Origin: an uncultured Methanoregulaceae archaeon
Lineage (GTDB): Archaea > Halobacteriota > Methanomicrobia > Methanomicrobiales > Methanospirillaceae
Reading direction: 5' to 3'
Length of the DNA: 64,000 bases
NCBI GenBank assembly: GCA_963737635.1
Contig: CAVTTL010000001.1
Span: 704,001 to 768,000 of the forward strand
Below are positions 1-9,895 of this stretch, piece after piece. Within the stretch, counting starts at the first letter, position 1. Each line of letters begins with the position of its first letter. Below the pieces are notes generated by a model. That model was not told where the DNA came from. It did not search any database and saw only the letters and a program-made list of their open reading frames with translations. Position numbers and translations under genes: made by a program.

Positions 1-853
1 GGTACCGTGACTCGATCCGCTCCACTCTTCCGCCGAACGCAGCGATGGCTGCAGAGCACGTGTTGAGGCCGGCCATATCCCCGGCTTCGCAGGCGAACCC
101 CCGGTCGTCCCGCCGGTACGGGAATGTCTTCTGGTCGATGCGGGCTGGATCCGGATGGGAAAACCAGATCGTATACGTGATCGACCCAAACTGCTCCCGG
201 AGCTCGTCCATCGTCCCCATCGCCACCACTTTCCCGCGCCGGAGTATCATCACCCGGTCGCAGATCGCCTCTATCTGGAACAGGTTATGAGCCGAGAGAA
301 CGATGGTCCGGCCCTCACTTTTGAGTTTTTTGAGGTATTCTGCAATGAAACGCGAGGTCATGGGATCCAGCCCGCTTGTCGGTTCGTCGTAGACCAGGAA
401 CGTGGGATCGTGGATAAGCGAACGTGCGATCGCCGTCTTGCGTTTCATCCCTTTACTGAACTCACCTAGTTTTTTGCCCCCTGTTTCAAGAGAGAGCGCG
501 GTGAAAAGCTGTCGGGTCCTCGCCGCGATCTCTTTTTTCTCGATCCCATAGATCTCGCCGAAGAACATGAGGTAATCTTCCGCGGTCATAGTTTCATAGA
601 GCCGGGACTCCTCGGGCAGGTAACCGAGTGTTTCTTTGAGCATCATGGGTGAGCGGATGACGTCAATCTCATTGACAGAAAGGTCTCCGGATGATGGAAC
701 GATCAACCCGGAGATGATCTTCAATAACGTGGTCTTCCCGGCCCCGTTGTGCCCGACGATCCCAAAGATCCCCGAACCCGGAAATGAGAAACTCACGTCA
801 TCAAGTGCGGTAAATGCCTCGTAGCGCTTGGTCAGGTTTTTTGCGGTGATCAT
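1..853 (-). CDS. ABC transporter ATP-binding protein (ABC-2/DrrA-like), runs off the left edge
   Basis: Manual translation from ATG 853: MITAKNLTKRY..., Walker A GHNGAGKTT, signature FSKGMK, Walker B VYDEPTSGLD, H-loop SAH; absent from ORF track because no stop lies in the window. Confidence 0.93.
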   Translation of the reverse strand, partial: MITAKNLTKRYEAFTALDDVSFSFPGSGIFGIVGHNGAGKTTLLKIISGLIVPSSGDLSVNEIDVIRSPMMLKETLGYLPEESRLYETMTAEDYLMFFGEIYGIEKKEIAARTRQLFTALSLETGGKKLGEFSKGMKRKTAIARSLIHDPTFLVYDEPTSGLDPMTSRFIAEYLKKLKSEGRTIVLSAHNLFQIEAICDRVMILRRGKVVAMGTMDELREQFGSITYTIWFSHPDPARIDQKTFPYRRDDRGFACEAGDMAGLNTCSAAIAAFGGRVERIESRY

Positions 854-1027
854 TGCAGGTTCTCTAAAAGACCGGGTATTAGTGTAGACTTGTGGGAAGG
901 GGGACATATATATTGGGATAGGTGCAGCTGGAAGGCCGCCGCCGTGTCAGCATCGATTAGTATTTGACTCCCGTATCCACATTTACTGATTATCTGCGAT
1001 ATTGTTCGCGGCCCGGGATGTTTGCTT

Positions 1028-2836
1028 ATGAGTGCAGGCAGGGATGTTGCGACCATCGCACGCTGGGAGTTGAAAAAGACCTTCTCCGTGATGTCGCGTA
1101 ACGTCCTGCCGGTTGCTGTTGTCCTCTTCGTCCTCCTCGTCCTTGTCACCGGTTTTGCCGCAGAACGGGGCCTCCATATCCAGGACGGGGTGTACCGGAT
1201 CGGGATCGATGACCCCAAGGTCGCTGCCCTGTTTGCTTCGGATGCCCGTTTCACGGTTTTTCAGGCAGATGACGTCACCCTTAACGAGAATCGCGGGGAG
1301 TACGATCTGGTCATCGTAAAGGGGGTTGAATATGCAAATCCGACGCAAAAAGGGCTATCTGCACAAAATGCTCTCGAACGGGACTACGCGCAATATAAAA
1401 ACGGCGTCTATGCCGGCGAAAGTGACCTCTTCGCTGCGTACCCTCTCTGGATAGATACCCAATCAGTGGAAAGCGAGATCAACTTTTCTGCTACTCAGAA
1501 CGGTCAGTACGTGCAGGTAGCCCCGGGCGCGGGACCACCGGTCCCGGAGGGAGTCGTCCAGAACATTCCCACACCGTCTCCGACGCTCATCGTCACCGAA
1601 GACGAGCTCCGGCAGGAGCTGACCACCTCTTCTCAGGAGAATACGCAGGTCTCCCGGTACACGGATGTGCTCTCCCCGGGACAATCGGTTATGGGTACTT
1701 TTGTAACCCCGGACCAGCTCTCACCTCCCCTCCCCTTCGATTCGATCATCCTCGTTTTTATCTTCATCTTCCCCCTGTACTTCACCTCGCAGTTTTTCAT
1801 GATGAGCATCATGAACGAGCGGATCGGACGACAGGGCGAGGCCCTCCTGTCGCTCCCGGTAAAGACCTCATCCATCATTATCGGAAAGATGCTCCCGTAC
1901 TTCCTCGGGATGCTTGGGATCTGCGCCGTGATCACGCTGTACATCAACGCTTCGCCACTTGTCCTCCTGCCCCTCGTGCCGATTATTGTCTTTTTTCTTG
2001 CAAACGCGCTCATCATCGGGATGCTCGCCCGCAGCTTCAAGGAACTTTCCTTTATCTCCATCTTCTTTTCGACCGTTGCAACATCGTACCTGTTCTTCCC
2101 AAGCATTTTTGCAAACGTCCACGTGATCAGTCTCGTTTCCCCACTTACCCTTATCGTGCTTACCATCCAGGGAACCGCATGGACCGTTTCGGACTATCTC
2201 TATGCCACCGCGCTTTTCTGGCTGACTGCTGTCGTCCTCTTTTATATCGCGGCACAGAACTTCAATGAGGAGCGCCTCTTTTCCGAGAAGAAATTCCTGC
2301 CCCGGATGCGTGAGTTCCTTGCCGGCGTTATGCCACAAAGGCACCCGTACGCGGCGCTCTTTTTACTCGCCGTTTTCTCGATTCCGTTTGTCTTTATGGC
2401 CCAGATGATGGGGCTTGTGGTTTTTTTCAACCTGCCGCTGCCGTACTCACTTATCCTCCTGCTTGTTTTTGCGGCACTCGTGGAGGAGATGGCAAAAGCA
2501 GCCGGCATTTACACGCTCTTTATGCGGGATCCATCGTTCTTTTCGTGGACGCACCTGATCCTTGCCTGTGCGGCCACGGCAATCGGTTTTCTCTTCGGGG
2601 AAAAACTTCTTCTTTTCGCAACACTTTCCCAAATCACGTCATCCATCTTTGGAAGCGTCCTCTTTTTATCGCTGGGAGTGCTCTGGATGCCTCTCCTGCT
2701 TCATTTCGCCTGCGTCCTGATTGTCGCCATTTCACTTAAGGCGGGAGGTAAAAAAGGGTTCCTTGCCGGCCTTTTTATCGCGACTGTGCTTCATTGCTTC
2801 TATAACCTGTACTTCATCCTGGGGTGGATCCGGTGA
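1028..2836 (+). CDS. ABC-2 family permease fused to C-terminal PrsW-like intramembrane protease domain
   Basis: N-terminal IARWELKK, large extracellular loop, ER..GEALLSLPV...IIIGK ABC-2 motif; C-terminal EEMAK, FLFGE, LLH and HCFYN motifs. Confidence 0.8.
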   Translation: MSAGRDVATIARWELKKTFSVMSRNVLPVAVVLFVLLVLVTGFAAERGLHIQDGVYRIGIDDPKVAALFASDARFTVFQADDVTLNENRGEYDLVIVKGVEYANPTQKGLSAQNALERDYAQYKNGVYAGESDLFAAYPLWIDTQSVESEINFSATQNGQYVQVAPGAGPPVPEGVVQNIPTPSPTLIVTEDELRQELTTSSQENTQVSRYTDVLSPGQSVMGTFVTPDQLSPPLPFDSIILVFIFIFPLYFTSQFFMMSIMNERIGRQGEALLSLPVKTSSIIIGKMLPYFLGMLGICAVITLYINASPLVLLPLVPIIVFFLANALIIGMLARSFKELSFISIFFSTVATSYLFFPSIFANVHVISLVSPLTLIVLTIQGTAWTVSDYLYATALFWLTAVVLFYIAAQNFNEERLFSEKKFLPRMREFLAGVMPQRHPYAALFLLAVFSIPFVFMAQMMGLVVFFNLPLPYSLILLLVFAALVEEMAKAAGIYTLFMRDPSFFSWTHLILACAATAIGFLFGEKLLLFATLSQITSSIFGSVLFLSLGVLWMPLLLHFACVLIVAISLKAGGKKGFLAGLFIATVLHCFYNLYFILGWIR

Positions 2837-3912
2837 ACACCCGGCGCATTGCGGTTATCGCAAAAAAAGAGTTCCGCGGACTGTATTCCGAAAAGACGAT
2901 CCTTTTAGCCGTGTTACTCCAGGTCTTCATTGCGCTCTTCTCTTCATTTCTCATGGTCGGGCTCACATCCATGTACGATCCGGCATCGCTTTCAGGATAT
3001 TCACACTTCCGGTACAATATCGCGTACGCGGGAAATGAAAGCCCTCTGCTCGGGTACCTGGAGAACAGCCAGGATCTCCGGGTCCAACGCATGGACCTCT
3101 CGACTGCAGTTGAACTGCTCAAGGAACGCAGAATTTCTGCTGTCATCTATGCGCCCGGAACACTTCCCGGCGCAGAAGACCCCATCAAGATCACCCTTTA
3201 CACGCTTTCAAACGACCTGCAGGGAGCGATCGTTGACGTGAGGCTGAAGAATATCTTTCTCCAGTACGAGCAGGACCTGCGGACGGTCCGCGCCGGCCGA
3301 TTGAATGTAACCCCCATTCCGGTGCAGATCCCGGCCTCAGCGGGCAGCGGCGATTTCTACGGGTTCGTATATGGGCTTCTCGTCCCGCTCCTTGTCTTCC
3401 TGCCGGGGATTCTTTCCGCAGCGCTTGTCATCGATCTGATTACTGAAGAGTTCCAGCAGGGTACGCTGGAAACGCTCGTCTCCACACCGGTCACTTCTGC
3501 CGAGATGGTCTGGGGCAAAGTGCTTACCTGCACAATCCTCGTCCCAATTCAGGCCGGGGCATGGATCCTCCTGCTTTCTGCAAACAGGATTGCCATAGAC
3601 AGCCCCGCTCTTATCCTGGTCCATGTAACTCTTGCATCCCTGCTTCTCATCCTCATCGGAGCCGTATGTGCCCTCTACTACCGGGAGCGAACGGCAGCAC
3701 AGTTCGTCTTCTCGACTGCCCTGGTCGTTATCCTGCTTCTGGTACTTGCCTTGCCGTTCAACCCGCTTAATCTGGTCGCCCGGCTTGCCGTCGGGACGGC
3801 GGGTGTAGAACAGTGGATAGTTCTTGGCGCCATCTGCCTTGCCGTGCTTGTCCTTGGATACGGCGTGCAGAAGTATGCCGGCCGGATCGGAGGCATTGAA
3901 GCAGGGAAGTAG
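2833..3912 (+). CDS. ABC-2 family permease
   Basis: GTGA overlap with upstream stop; IAKKEFR start; EEFQQGTLETLVSTPVT...VWGK motif; several TM helices. Confidence 0.88.
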   Translation: MNTRRIAVIAKKEFRGLYSEKTILLAVLLQVFIALFSSFLMVGLTSMYDPASLSGYSHFRYNIAYAGNESPLLGYLENSQDLRVQRMDLSTAVELLKERRISAVIYAPGTLPGAEDPIKITLYTLSNDLQGAIVDVRLKNIFLQYEQDLRTVRAGRLNVTPIPVQIPASAGSGDFYGFVYGLLVPLLVFLPGILSAALVIDLITEEFQQGTLETLVSTPVTSAEMVWGKVLTCTILVPIQAGAWILLLSANRIAIDSPALILVHVTLASLLLILIGAVCALYYRERTAAQFVFSTALVVILLLVLALPFNPLNLVARLAVGTAGVEQWIVLGAICLAVLVLGYGVQKYAGRIGGIEAGK

Positions 3913-3949
3913 AAGAGAACAGAAAACAGAGAGTTACGCGAAAAAAAGA

Positions 3950-4435
3950 TCACGAGTAGGGGTTTGTGGAATAGACATTCTGGTCGATAACCTTGTAGAC
4001 TTTTCCGGCGGAAGTCACCCAGACCTCGACATGATCGGTACCATCGAGGGTTCCCTGGACGACGATCTCGCTGTTGCCGGTGATCTCGCCTCCGTTATTC
4101 ATGAGCTGGTCGATAACACTCCCATCTGCAAGGGTGACCCTCATCCTGACAGTCTGGGCAACGATCAGGCCTGGCCCTCCGCTGCAGAGCAGGGTGATCT
4201 TGCCGGTAGGCCGGTCTTTGGTCAGCTGGAGATAGATCATCTGGTTTGCAGGCAGCGGAGAGATGGGTTCAACCGTTGTGGCCGTAGTAACAACGGTTTC
4301 CGTAGTCTCCGGTACCTGCGTGGTAACGGTAGTCCCGACCGGCTGGATTTGCGCCTGGCTCGGGCTCGTGCACCCGGCAAACAGTGCACTGATTAAAAGC
4401 GCACAACACGCGGCTGTGATGAACAGATATCTCAT
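3950..4435 (-). CDS. Hypothetical secreted lipoprotein
   Basis: MRYLFITAACC...LFAGC lipobox, Thr-rich linker, then beta-rich domain. Confidence 0.7.
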   Translation of the reverse strand: MRYLFITAACCALLISALFAGCTSPSQAQIQPVGTTVTTQVPETTETVVTTATTVEPISPLPANQMIYLQLTKDRPTGKITLLCSGGPGLIVAQTVRMRVTLADGSVIDQLMNNGGEITGNSEIVVQGTLDGTDHVEVWVTSAGKVYKVIDQNVYSTNPYS

Positions 4436-4642
4436 AAATAACCCTTCCATCCGGGAATATTTCTGATTTACGTTTGAACCTTGGAGAAACATCCCGGCAG
4501 TATTTCCCTCTCTCATAGGTCTCATAATTGGAAAGAGGTGTCGTTCTATGCAGATACCGGAAAAAATCCCACATACCCGAATAAGGAACAGTTAAATTAA
4601 AAAGGACACCCGGATTAACTTAACCTATCAGGAGTACGAGGA

Positions 4643-5257
4643 ATGTTCTGTCCAAAATGTGGGAAAGAGACTGATGCTTCCGGACAATTCTGCCAATGGT
4701 GCGGGGCACCGACCGATAACGTTCCCCCGGCACCGGCAGGTATGGCGGCACCCGATCCCGACGAAAACCCCGAGGTCGGGGTATATGCCGGTCTCGGGCG
4801 GAGATTCGTCGCGTTTATCGTTGACTTCATTCTGGTTGCCTTGTTCGGCATTATCGCAGTCGCATTTTTTAACCAGGCAAACGGGATCATGTACCTATAC
4901 TATATTGCGGTCGATCACGCATCGATCTCTTCGCTCACCGAGGCCGGAACACCGATTGCGGCTCTCGGCCCCATTGTTGCCGCTATTGGTATTCTTGTCA
5001 TCGTCGTTCCCTGGCTCTACTACGCGGGCTTTGAATCCTCGCGGGGACAGGCCACACCGGGCAAAGTCCTGATGCGCCTTGAAGTGACCGATCTTGAAGG
5101 CAACCGGATTACCTTTGCCCGGGCAACACTCCGGTTCTTCGGGAAATTCATTTCGACCTTGATCATTTTCATCGGTTTTTTGATGATCGGCCTCACCAAG
5201 AAAAGGCAGGGACTCCACGACAAGATTGCCGGCTGCCTCGTACTTCTTCAGGATTAA
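4643..5257 (+). CDS. RDD family membrane protein with N-terminal zinc ribbon
   Basis: CPKCG...FCQWCG; RRFVAFIVD, GQATPGK and RQGLHDKIAG RDD motifs. Confidence 0.92.
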   Translation: MFCPKCGKETDASGQFCQWCGAPTDNVPPAPAGMAAPDPDENPEVGVYAGLGRRFVAFIVDFILVALFGIIAVAFFNQANGIMYLYYIAVDHASISSLTEAGTPIAALGPIVAAIGILVIVVPWLYYAGFESSRGQATPGKVLMRLEVTDLEGNRITFARATLRFFGKFISTLIIFIGFLMIGLTKKRQGLHDKIAGCLVLLQD

Positions 5258-5320
5258 TCTCTTTTTATTATTCAGCTGCCCCGGAAAAGAGGGGCGTGTT
5301 TTGTTTGGTCGGTTGGCGGG

Positions 5321-5575
5321 TCACCGGTATCGAAGCTTGATCCCGAGGAGAATGAGTATCAGGACAAACGAGACGCCGTTTGCCGCGATGATGGGTGCGG
5401 CATTGAGCCAGTACCCGTACACAAACCAGAGAAAGACACCGGATGCGTAGAGCACAAGCATAGAGAGGGATATATCCCGGGTCTCTTTGAGCCGCCAGCT
5501 TCGGACAACCTGCGGGATAAATGCAACTGTGGTGAGCGTACCCGCAATAAAACCGACCAGTGTAATGGTATCCAT
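5321..5575 (-). CDS. SemiSWEET / PQ-loop transporter
   Basis: 84 aa, three TM helices, AFIPQV, TRDISL, LWFVYG, PIIAAN. Confidence 0.9.
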   Translation of the reverse strand: MDTITLVGFIAGTLTTVAFIPQVVRSWRLKETRDISLSMLVLYASGVFLWFVYGYWLNAAPIIAANGVSFVLILILLGIKLRYR

Positions 5576-5641
5576 AGTTCGTATCCTCATTCAAGTGGAT
5601 TGTCTGCTCATTTATATCGTAGGGTTCCCCGGATAAATGTG

Positions 5642-6049
5642 TCACACCTGTCCAGGTTCCGGGGAGAACTGGTCTGACACTACAAGCCAGCGGCCCCTTT
5701 GCTTAACGAGGGTAACCATATCCCGGCCCCTCATAGTGATTTCCTGCCCGGCCATCGTAAACCGGATCGTAAAAAAGTATGTTACTACGGCGCAGGTGCC
5801 CCGGCAGAAGAAAGTGACCCGGTGGTCGGTTTCATCCCACATATGGATCTTCGCTGCCTCTGCAAACGTCCGCCATCCACTGACATATGCATCACGGCCT
5901 TCGAGCCGGCCAGGAGTTGTGGGGGCAATCGCTACGGCATCCGGGTGAATGAATTTCCCAAACGCTGACTCGTCCCAGGTTTCTGTCCAGCACCTGTTCA
6001 TCTCCCGGATAGTTGCGATCACTTCATGTGATTCTTTCATTTCGTCCAT
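5642..6049 (-). CDS. NTF2-like (DUF4440/SnoaL-like) protein
   Basis: HPDAV...GRDAYV...GRD...KQRGRWLVVSDQFS pattern; start codon uncertain (6049 or 6061). Confidence 0.75.
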   Translation of the reverse strand: MDEMKESHEVIATIREMNRCWTETWDESAFGKFIHPDAVAIAPTTPGRLEGRDAYVSGWRTFAEAAKIHMWDETDHRVTFFCRGTCAVVTYFFTIRFTMAGQEITMRGRDMVTLVKQRGRWLVVSDQFSPEPGQV

Positions 6050-6165
6050 ACCAGTCACCATCCACTCTACGGAACGATCGGGTAAAAACGAGCAGGTGTG
6101 CGGGGAGTGAAAGTATCAGAAAAAGGATCCCACCATTGCAGTGTCATTTGGGAGAAGCCATATAT

Positions 6166-6759
6166 TCATGAGGGAAAATACCGACGTGTAATTTCATCTG
6201 CTTCTTCAAGCCATGCGGCTCTCTCTGCGGCCGTGCTCGTCACAACAACAGAAAACATACGCCGGTGAAACACTGGAACGCCGCAGAATGAAAAGATGCA
6301 TTGTTTCCAAAGTAGTTCGAGAGGATCGCCAAAGACATCCTGTTCCCTTTGCGCCGGAGTATTTGCGGTGTTGAACACCAGTGCGGTCCTTGCCTTCAGG
6401 AGACCGGCCGGGACCCCTTCCCCATTGTCGCCTTCTGAAAATCGGTACGCAATGCCCGGGCGGATAACCCGGTCGATCCAGCCTTTGAGGATCGCGGGAG
6501 GCTGACCCCACCAGTTGGGATGAATGACGACAATGCCATCTGCTTGTGCAATTTCACGGCAGTGATCCGATATACATTCATCGATCGCCGCATCTCTGGG
6601 GATCTCGCCGGACGTTAGTACCGGATCGAATCGCTCTGCGTAGAGATCGTGGAAATGAACGGTATGACTATAATCCGTAAGCGCTAGCACTACCGTTTCT
6701 GCAATAGCGTGGTTGAAACTTCCCGGCCTGGGGTGGGCAAGAATAACCAGGACATTCAT
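6166..6759 (-). CDS. Flavodoxin-fold NAD(P)H dehydrogenase (quinone), KefF/MdaB-like
   Basis: MNVLVILAHPRPGSFN, DLY, PNWWGQPPAILKGWIDRV; ATGA overlap with upstream methyltransferase. Confidence 0.9.
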   Translation of the reverse strand: MNVLVILAHPRPGSFNHAIAETVVLALTDYSHTVHFHDLYAERFDPVLTSGEIPRDAAIDECISDHCREIAQADGIVVIHPNWWGQPPAILKGWIDRVIRPGIAYRFSEGDNGEGVPAGLLKARTALVFNTANTPAQREQDVFGDPLELLWKQCIFSFCGVPVFHRRMFSVVVTSTAAERAAWLEEADEITRRYFPS

Positions 6760-7571
6760 TTCTGTAGCCCGGTCCCCTTGAAAAACGTGTAACAGAATGC
6801 GCCGTCCGGTTCGCAGGTGCGGTAAAGATCTGCAAGTGCCCGCTCCCATTCGTCCTCGGTCATCATGTGGCGTTCGAGCACCGTATCCCCGACGCCTTCA
6901 ACCATCGCAGTGAAGGTCTGGCGGGTGAAACCCTCAACAAGTGATGGCCGCGACGCATCGACATACACCATTCTCGGTGACACTTCAACACCGATGTACC
7001 CGGCCTGGACGAGCAGCGGATAAAGTTCCCGACCGATGAGCGCATTGCCTCCTGCCTCACGCTGAAGATCGATCAGGCATTGGATTGCCTTATGCGCCGC
7101 CGCGCTGTCGGGATGGAAATACGTCGAACCATGATCGCCCTCAATCACGGTAATCGTGCCTCCCGGCCGTATAAGTTGGCGGAGCACGCTAAGCGCCTGA
7201 CTCGGATTGGAAAGGTGTTCCAGCACAAAGCAGACGAAAATGTGGTCGAAACGTTGTGGGGCAAACGGTGGGAGAAAGAGATCACCGGCGAGGAAGGTCA
7301 CGTTCGTGATCCCTTCAACCCGCACCCGTGCTTTCGCCCGCTGGATAGATCCAGGGGAAATATCGAGGGATAGTATCTCTGCACCGGGACTGTTCTTTGC
7401 AAGGATGACCGTCTGTGCGCCAATACCGCAGCCAGCCTCAAGTACACGGCTTCCGGCAGGGTACCGGGTGTCGTGGTGGAGAAGGGCCGTCAGGGTGCGG
7501 GCCTGATCATTCAGTCGTTCTGCTTCTCTTTCCGAATACCCATGAACGTAATCTACCTTCTCTATGCACAT
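6756..7571 (-). CDS. Class I SAM-dependent methyltransferase
   Basis: VLEAGCGIG motif I, FDHIFVCFVLEHL, IRPGG. Confidence 0.92.
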   Translation of the reverse strand: MCIEKVDYVHGYSEREAERLNDQARTLTALLHHDTRYPAGSRVLEAGCGIGAQTVILAKNSPGAEILSLDISPGSIQRAKARVRVEGITNVTFLAGDLFLPPFAPQRFDHIFVCFVLEHLSNPSQALSVLRQLIRPGGTITVIEGDHGSTYFHPDSAAAHKAIQCLIDLQREAGGNALIGRELYPLLVQAGYIGVEVSPRMVYVDASRPSLVEGFTRQTFTAMVEGVGDTVLERHMMTEDEWERALADLYRTCEPDGAFCYTFFKGTGLQK

Positions 7572-7634
7572 ATACCAAATACCGGTGCGCCGCGATCAAT
7601 ATAAAAAACGATGCACTCCTGAAAAAAGGGATTA

Positions 7635-8555
7635 TTACTCATGCACGGCGTCCGACCCGATCGTCTGGTCCCCGGCAGTAATCCTGACCTGCTTAAAGTG
7701 TGGGGGATAAAAGATCCTCCCCGATACCCTGAGGGGATCGGAAAAGATGATGGTATCACCCTCTCTTTCCACAGTCACGATGAATGAGTGGTACTGTAAC
7801 CGTTTTACTTCGGGCAGTCCGAGGTAAGGTGCGACCTCCGGAGCAGTTATTCCTATGAATTTTGGATAGATAACAGGCTCTTCCGGCTTGAACCCGATCC
7901 GGTAATCCCGCACCATCCATGCATCAGGAGTTTCGTTGATCGAAAGCCACCGGAGGGGGTTTGCCTGAGGGATAGCGCACACCGCTCCGCGAAGCGCTGG
8001 ACGGGAAACAAGAAATGCAATGCACCGGACCAGCAGGAACACACCGAAGATCGCCGCGTACCCTTTTATCCCTTCTGCAAACGTGACAACACCAAGCGCC
8101 ATCCAAAGCAGGAAAAAGAGACTTGCCCCCATCAAAAGAAGACTGGGACCCGGGAGAAGAAAAAGCGAGTATTTCCGGTCCGACACCGGGGCAAAAAGGG
8201 GGATGCCGGGAGTTGCGGGCAGATCCATTGCAAGGTGCAGGAACGCGCCCGCCAGTACCGCTGCAAAGCCAGCCAGACCAGTTCCGGATATGAAGAGAGG
8301 GTTAACAAGGCCAAGGAATGCCGCAAGCCCGATACCAGCGTACGCAAGAACCGACATCACGATTGCACCGGCGAGGCTGTGGGAGATTCCACCGTGGATG
8401 AAAAGATAGAACGAGGAGTAATTGCGGGACACGAGCGAAAAGAGAATGTCGGTGTCGATGATGACGACCCCGATTACCGCATAAGGCAGTAACTGCGGGA
8501 GACCAAACGCATAAAAGAGGATCGCAGCAACAAGCGCGTGAGTGATTGAGTCCAC
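7635..8555 (-). CDS. Membrane-bound metal-dependent hydrolase (YdjM-like)
   Basis: MDSITH, DTD, HGGISHS and FLHLAMD motifs; GTG start. Confidence 0.85.
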   Translation of the reverse strand: MDSITHALVAAILFYAFGLPQLLPYAVIGVVIIDTDILFSLVSRNYSSFYLFIHGGISHSLAGAIVMSVLAYAGIGLAAFLGLVNPLFISGTGLAGFAAVLAGAFLHLAMDLPATPGIPLFAPVSDRKYSLFLLPGPSLLLMGASLFFLLWMALGVVTFAEGIKGYAAIFGVFLLVRCIAFLVSRPALRGAVCAIPQANPLRWLSINETPDAWMVRDYRIGFKPEEPVIYPKFIGITAPEVAPYLGLPEVKRLQYHSFIVTVEREGDTIIFSDPLRVSGRIFYPPHFKQVRITAGDQTIGSDAVHE

Positions 8556-8744
8556 AAGATTTGGTTGCCGGGAGGATTACAAAAGGCTGTCCGTTCCTAC
8601 ACTATCTGTCTGTACTTCGAGAGGGAAGAGGAAGATTAGTACACCCTGCCTGACGGTAAGAGAAATGACCGGGATGATTGATGTAACCTGGAGGTTATAT
8701 CCGGAAAGTACTCAATACCCGGAAGATAACATAGCTCTAAGCTT

Positions 8745-9482
8745 ATGAGGATTAAACCGGGAATGATATCACCCCAAGGGTCCACTATCTGGAAAATCGG
8801 GCCCGCCTGCCTGATAGTTCTCTGCATCTGCAGTATTTTTGCCGCCGGATGCATGGAAACGGGAACTGCGCCCGCCGCGATCCCGCCGGCAACTCCCACG
8901 CCATCCGCGATTACTACGTCACGATCCCTGCCGGCATCACTATCCCTCGATCCTATTGTCGGGACCTGGAGAAGCCCGGGACCTACATACCTGTTCAGCA
9001 TTGCATTCGATGTTTATGGGAAGACGGCGGAAACCTTTGCAAACCAACCCTCGGTTATATACAACGGGACATGGCAGCTCACAGGTGGCAATATGTACCT
9101 TGTCACTCGTGACACCGGGGACAGAACGGTTTGGATCCTATCTCCTGATTACAGCTCCATTTACAAACAGTCCGTTCCCAGCGTAGCCTATTCGTTGTAC
9201 CAAGGCGCAGACAGTGCTTCAGCGGCGACCCTTTCCGGGATTGGGAACATGGTGGTTCCGTTCACCGCAACCGGGACCGGCCTGTGGGCATTTACCCTTG
9301 ACTATTCCGGCCAGGGTAATTATATTGTCTGGCTCACAGATGACGTGGGAAACCGGGTTGCACTCCTCGCAAACAAAATCGATTCCTGCTCTGTGATAAA
9401 AACCCAGAAACTGGAAGAAGGAAAGTATTACCTGGACGTGACCGCAAATGGCCCCTGGACAATTCGGGCAGAATTATCCTGA
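8745..9482 (+). CDS. Hypothetical lipoprotein
   Basis: IFAAGC lipobox, Pro/Thr linker, DPIVGTW domain and C-terminal beta-sandwich (YYLDVTANGPWTI); start uncertain. Confidence 0.7.
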   Translation: MRIKPGMISPQGSTIWKIGPACLIVLCICSIFAAGCMETGTAPAAIPPATPTPSAITTSRSLPASLSLDPIVGTWRSPGPTYLFSIAFDVYGKTAETFANQPSVIYNGTWQLTGGNMYLVTRDTGDRTVWILSPDYSSIYKQSVPSVAYSLYQGADSASAATLSGIGNMVVPFTATGTGLWAFTLDYSGQGNYIVWLTDDVGNRVALLANKIDSCSVIKTQKLEEGKYYLDVTANGPWTIRAELS

Positions 9483-9572
9483 CATCAGATTTTTTTGCCA
9501 GATCGATACTATGGCAGGTATACATGAAAATGCCGTAGCGGAAGAAGGGGTAAAAGAACAGGCTGCAAAGAG

Positions 9573-9646
9573 GGCCAGGGCCGAGATTTGAACCCGGGTC
9601 GAGGGATCCACAGTCCCTTAGGATAACCAGACTACCCTACCCTGGC
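9573..9646 (-). tRNA. tRNA-His (GUG)
   Basis: Reverse complement GCCAGGG...AGGGA-CTGTGGA-TCCCT...GGTTCAAAT...CCCTGGC-C forms a cloverleaf with anticodon GTG. Confidence 0.95.
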
Positions 9647-9895
9647 AGATGTTCCAGTTAATTTGGGCGTGAACTCTTTTTAATATATCTCCCCTGTCCG
9701 AAAAAATCCCTTCCAAAACACAGGATCGCCAGGTCTTCCGTTGTCAGGGAACGATTTTAATAGGCTGTGGCGTCCATTAAGTTATCAAGTGGCCCTGACA
9801 GGATAGCGTGAATAATAGCGTGCGGCGTCCAGCGATACCGCACTATGGATGATTTTTAATCTATGATCGGGGCACGCGCAAACGGGGGTGAAGAA

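Noticed and set aside
9780-9895. Structured leader RNA before infB (ATAGCGTG direct repeat), and the long leader before rps6e
   Set aside because: No recognisable riboswitch or sRNA motif; covariation data would be needed
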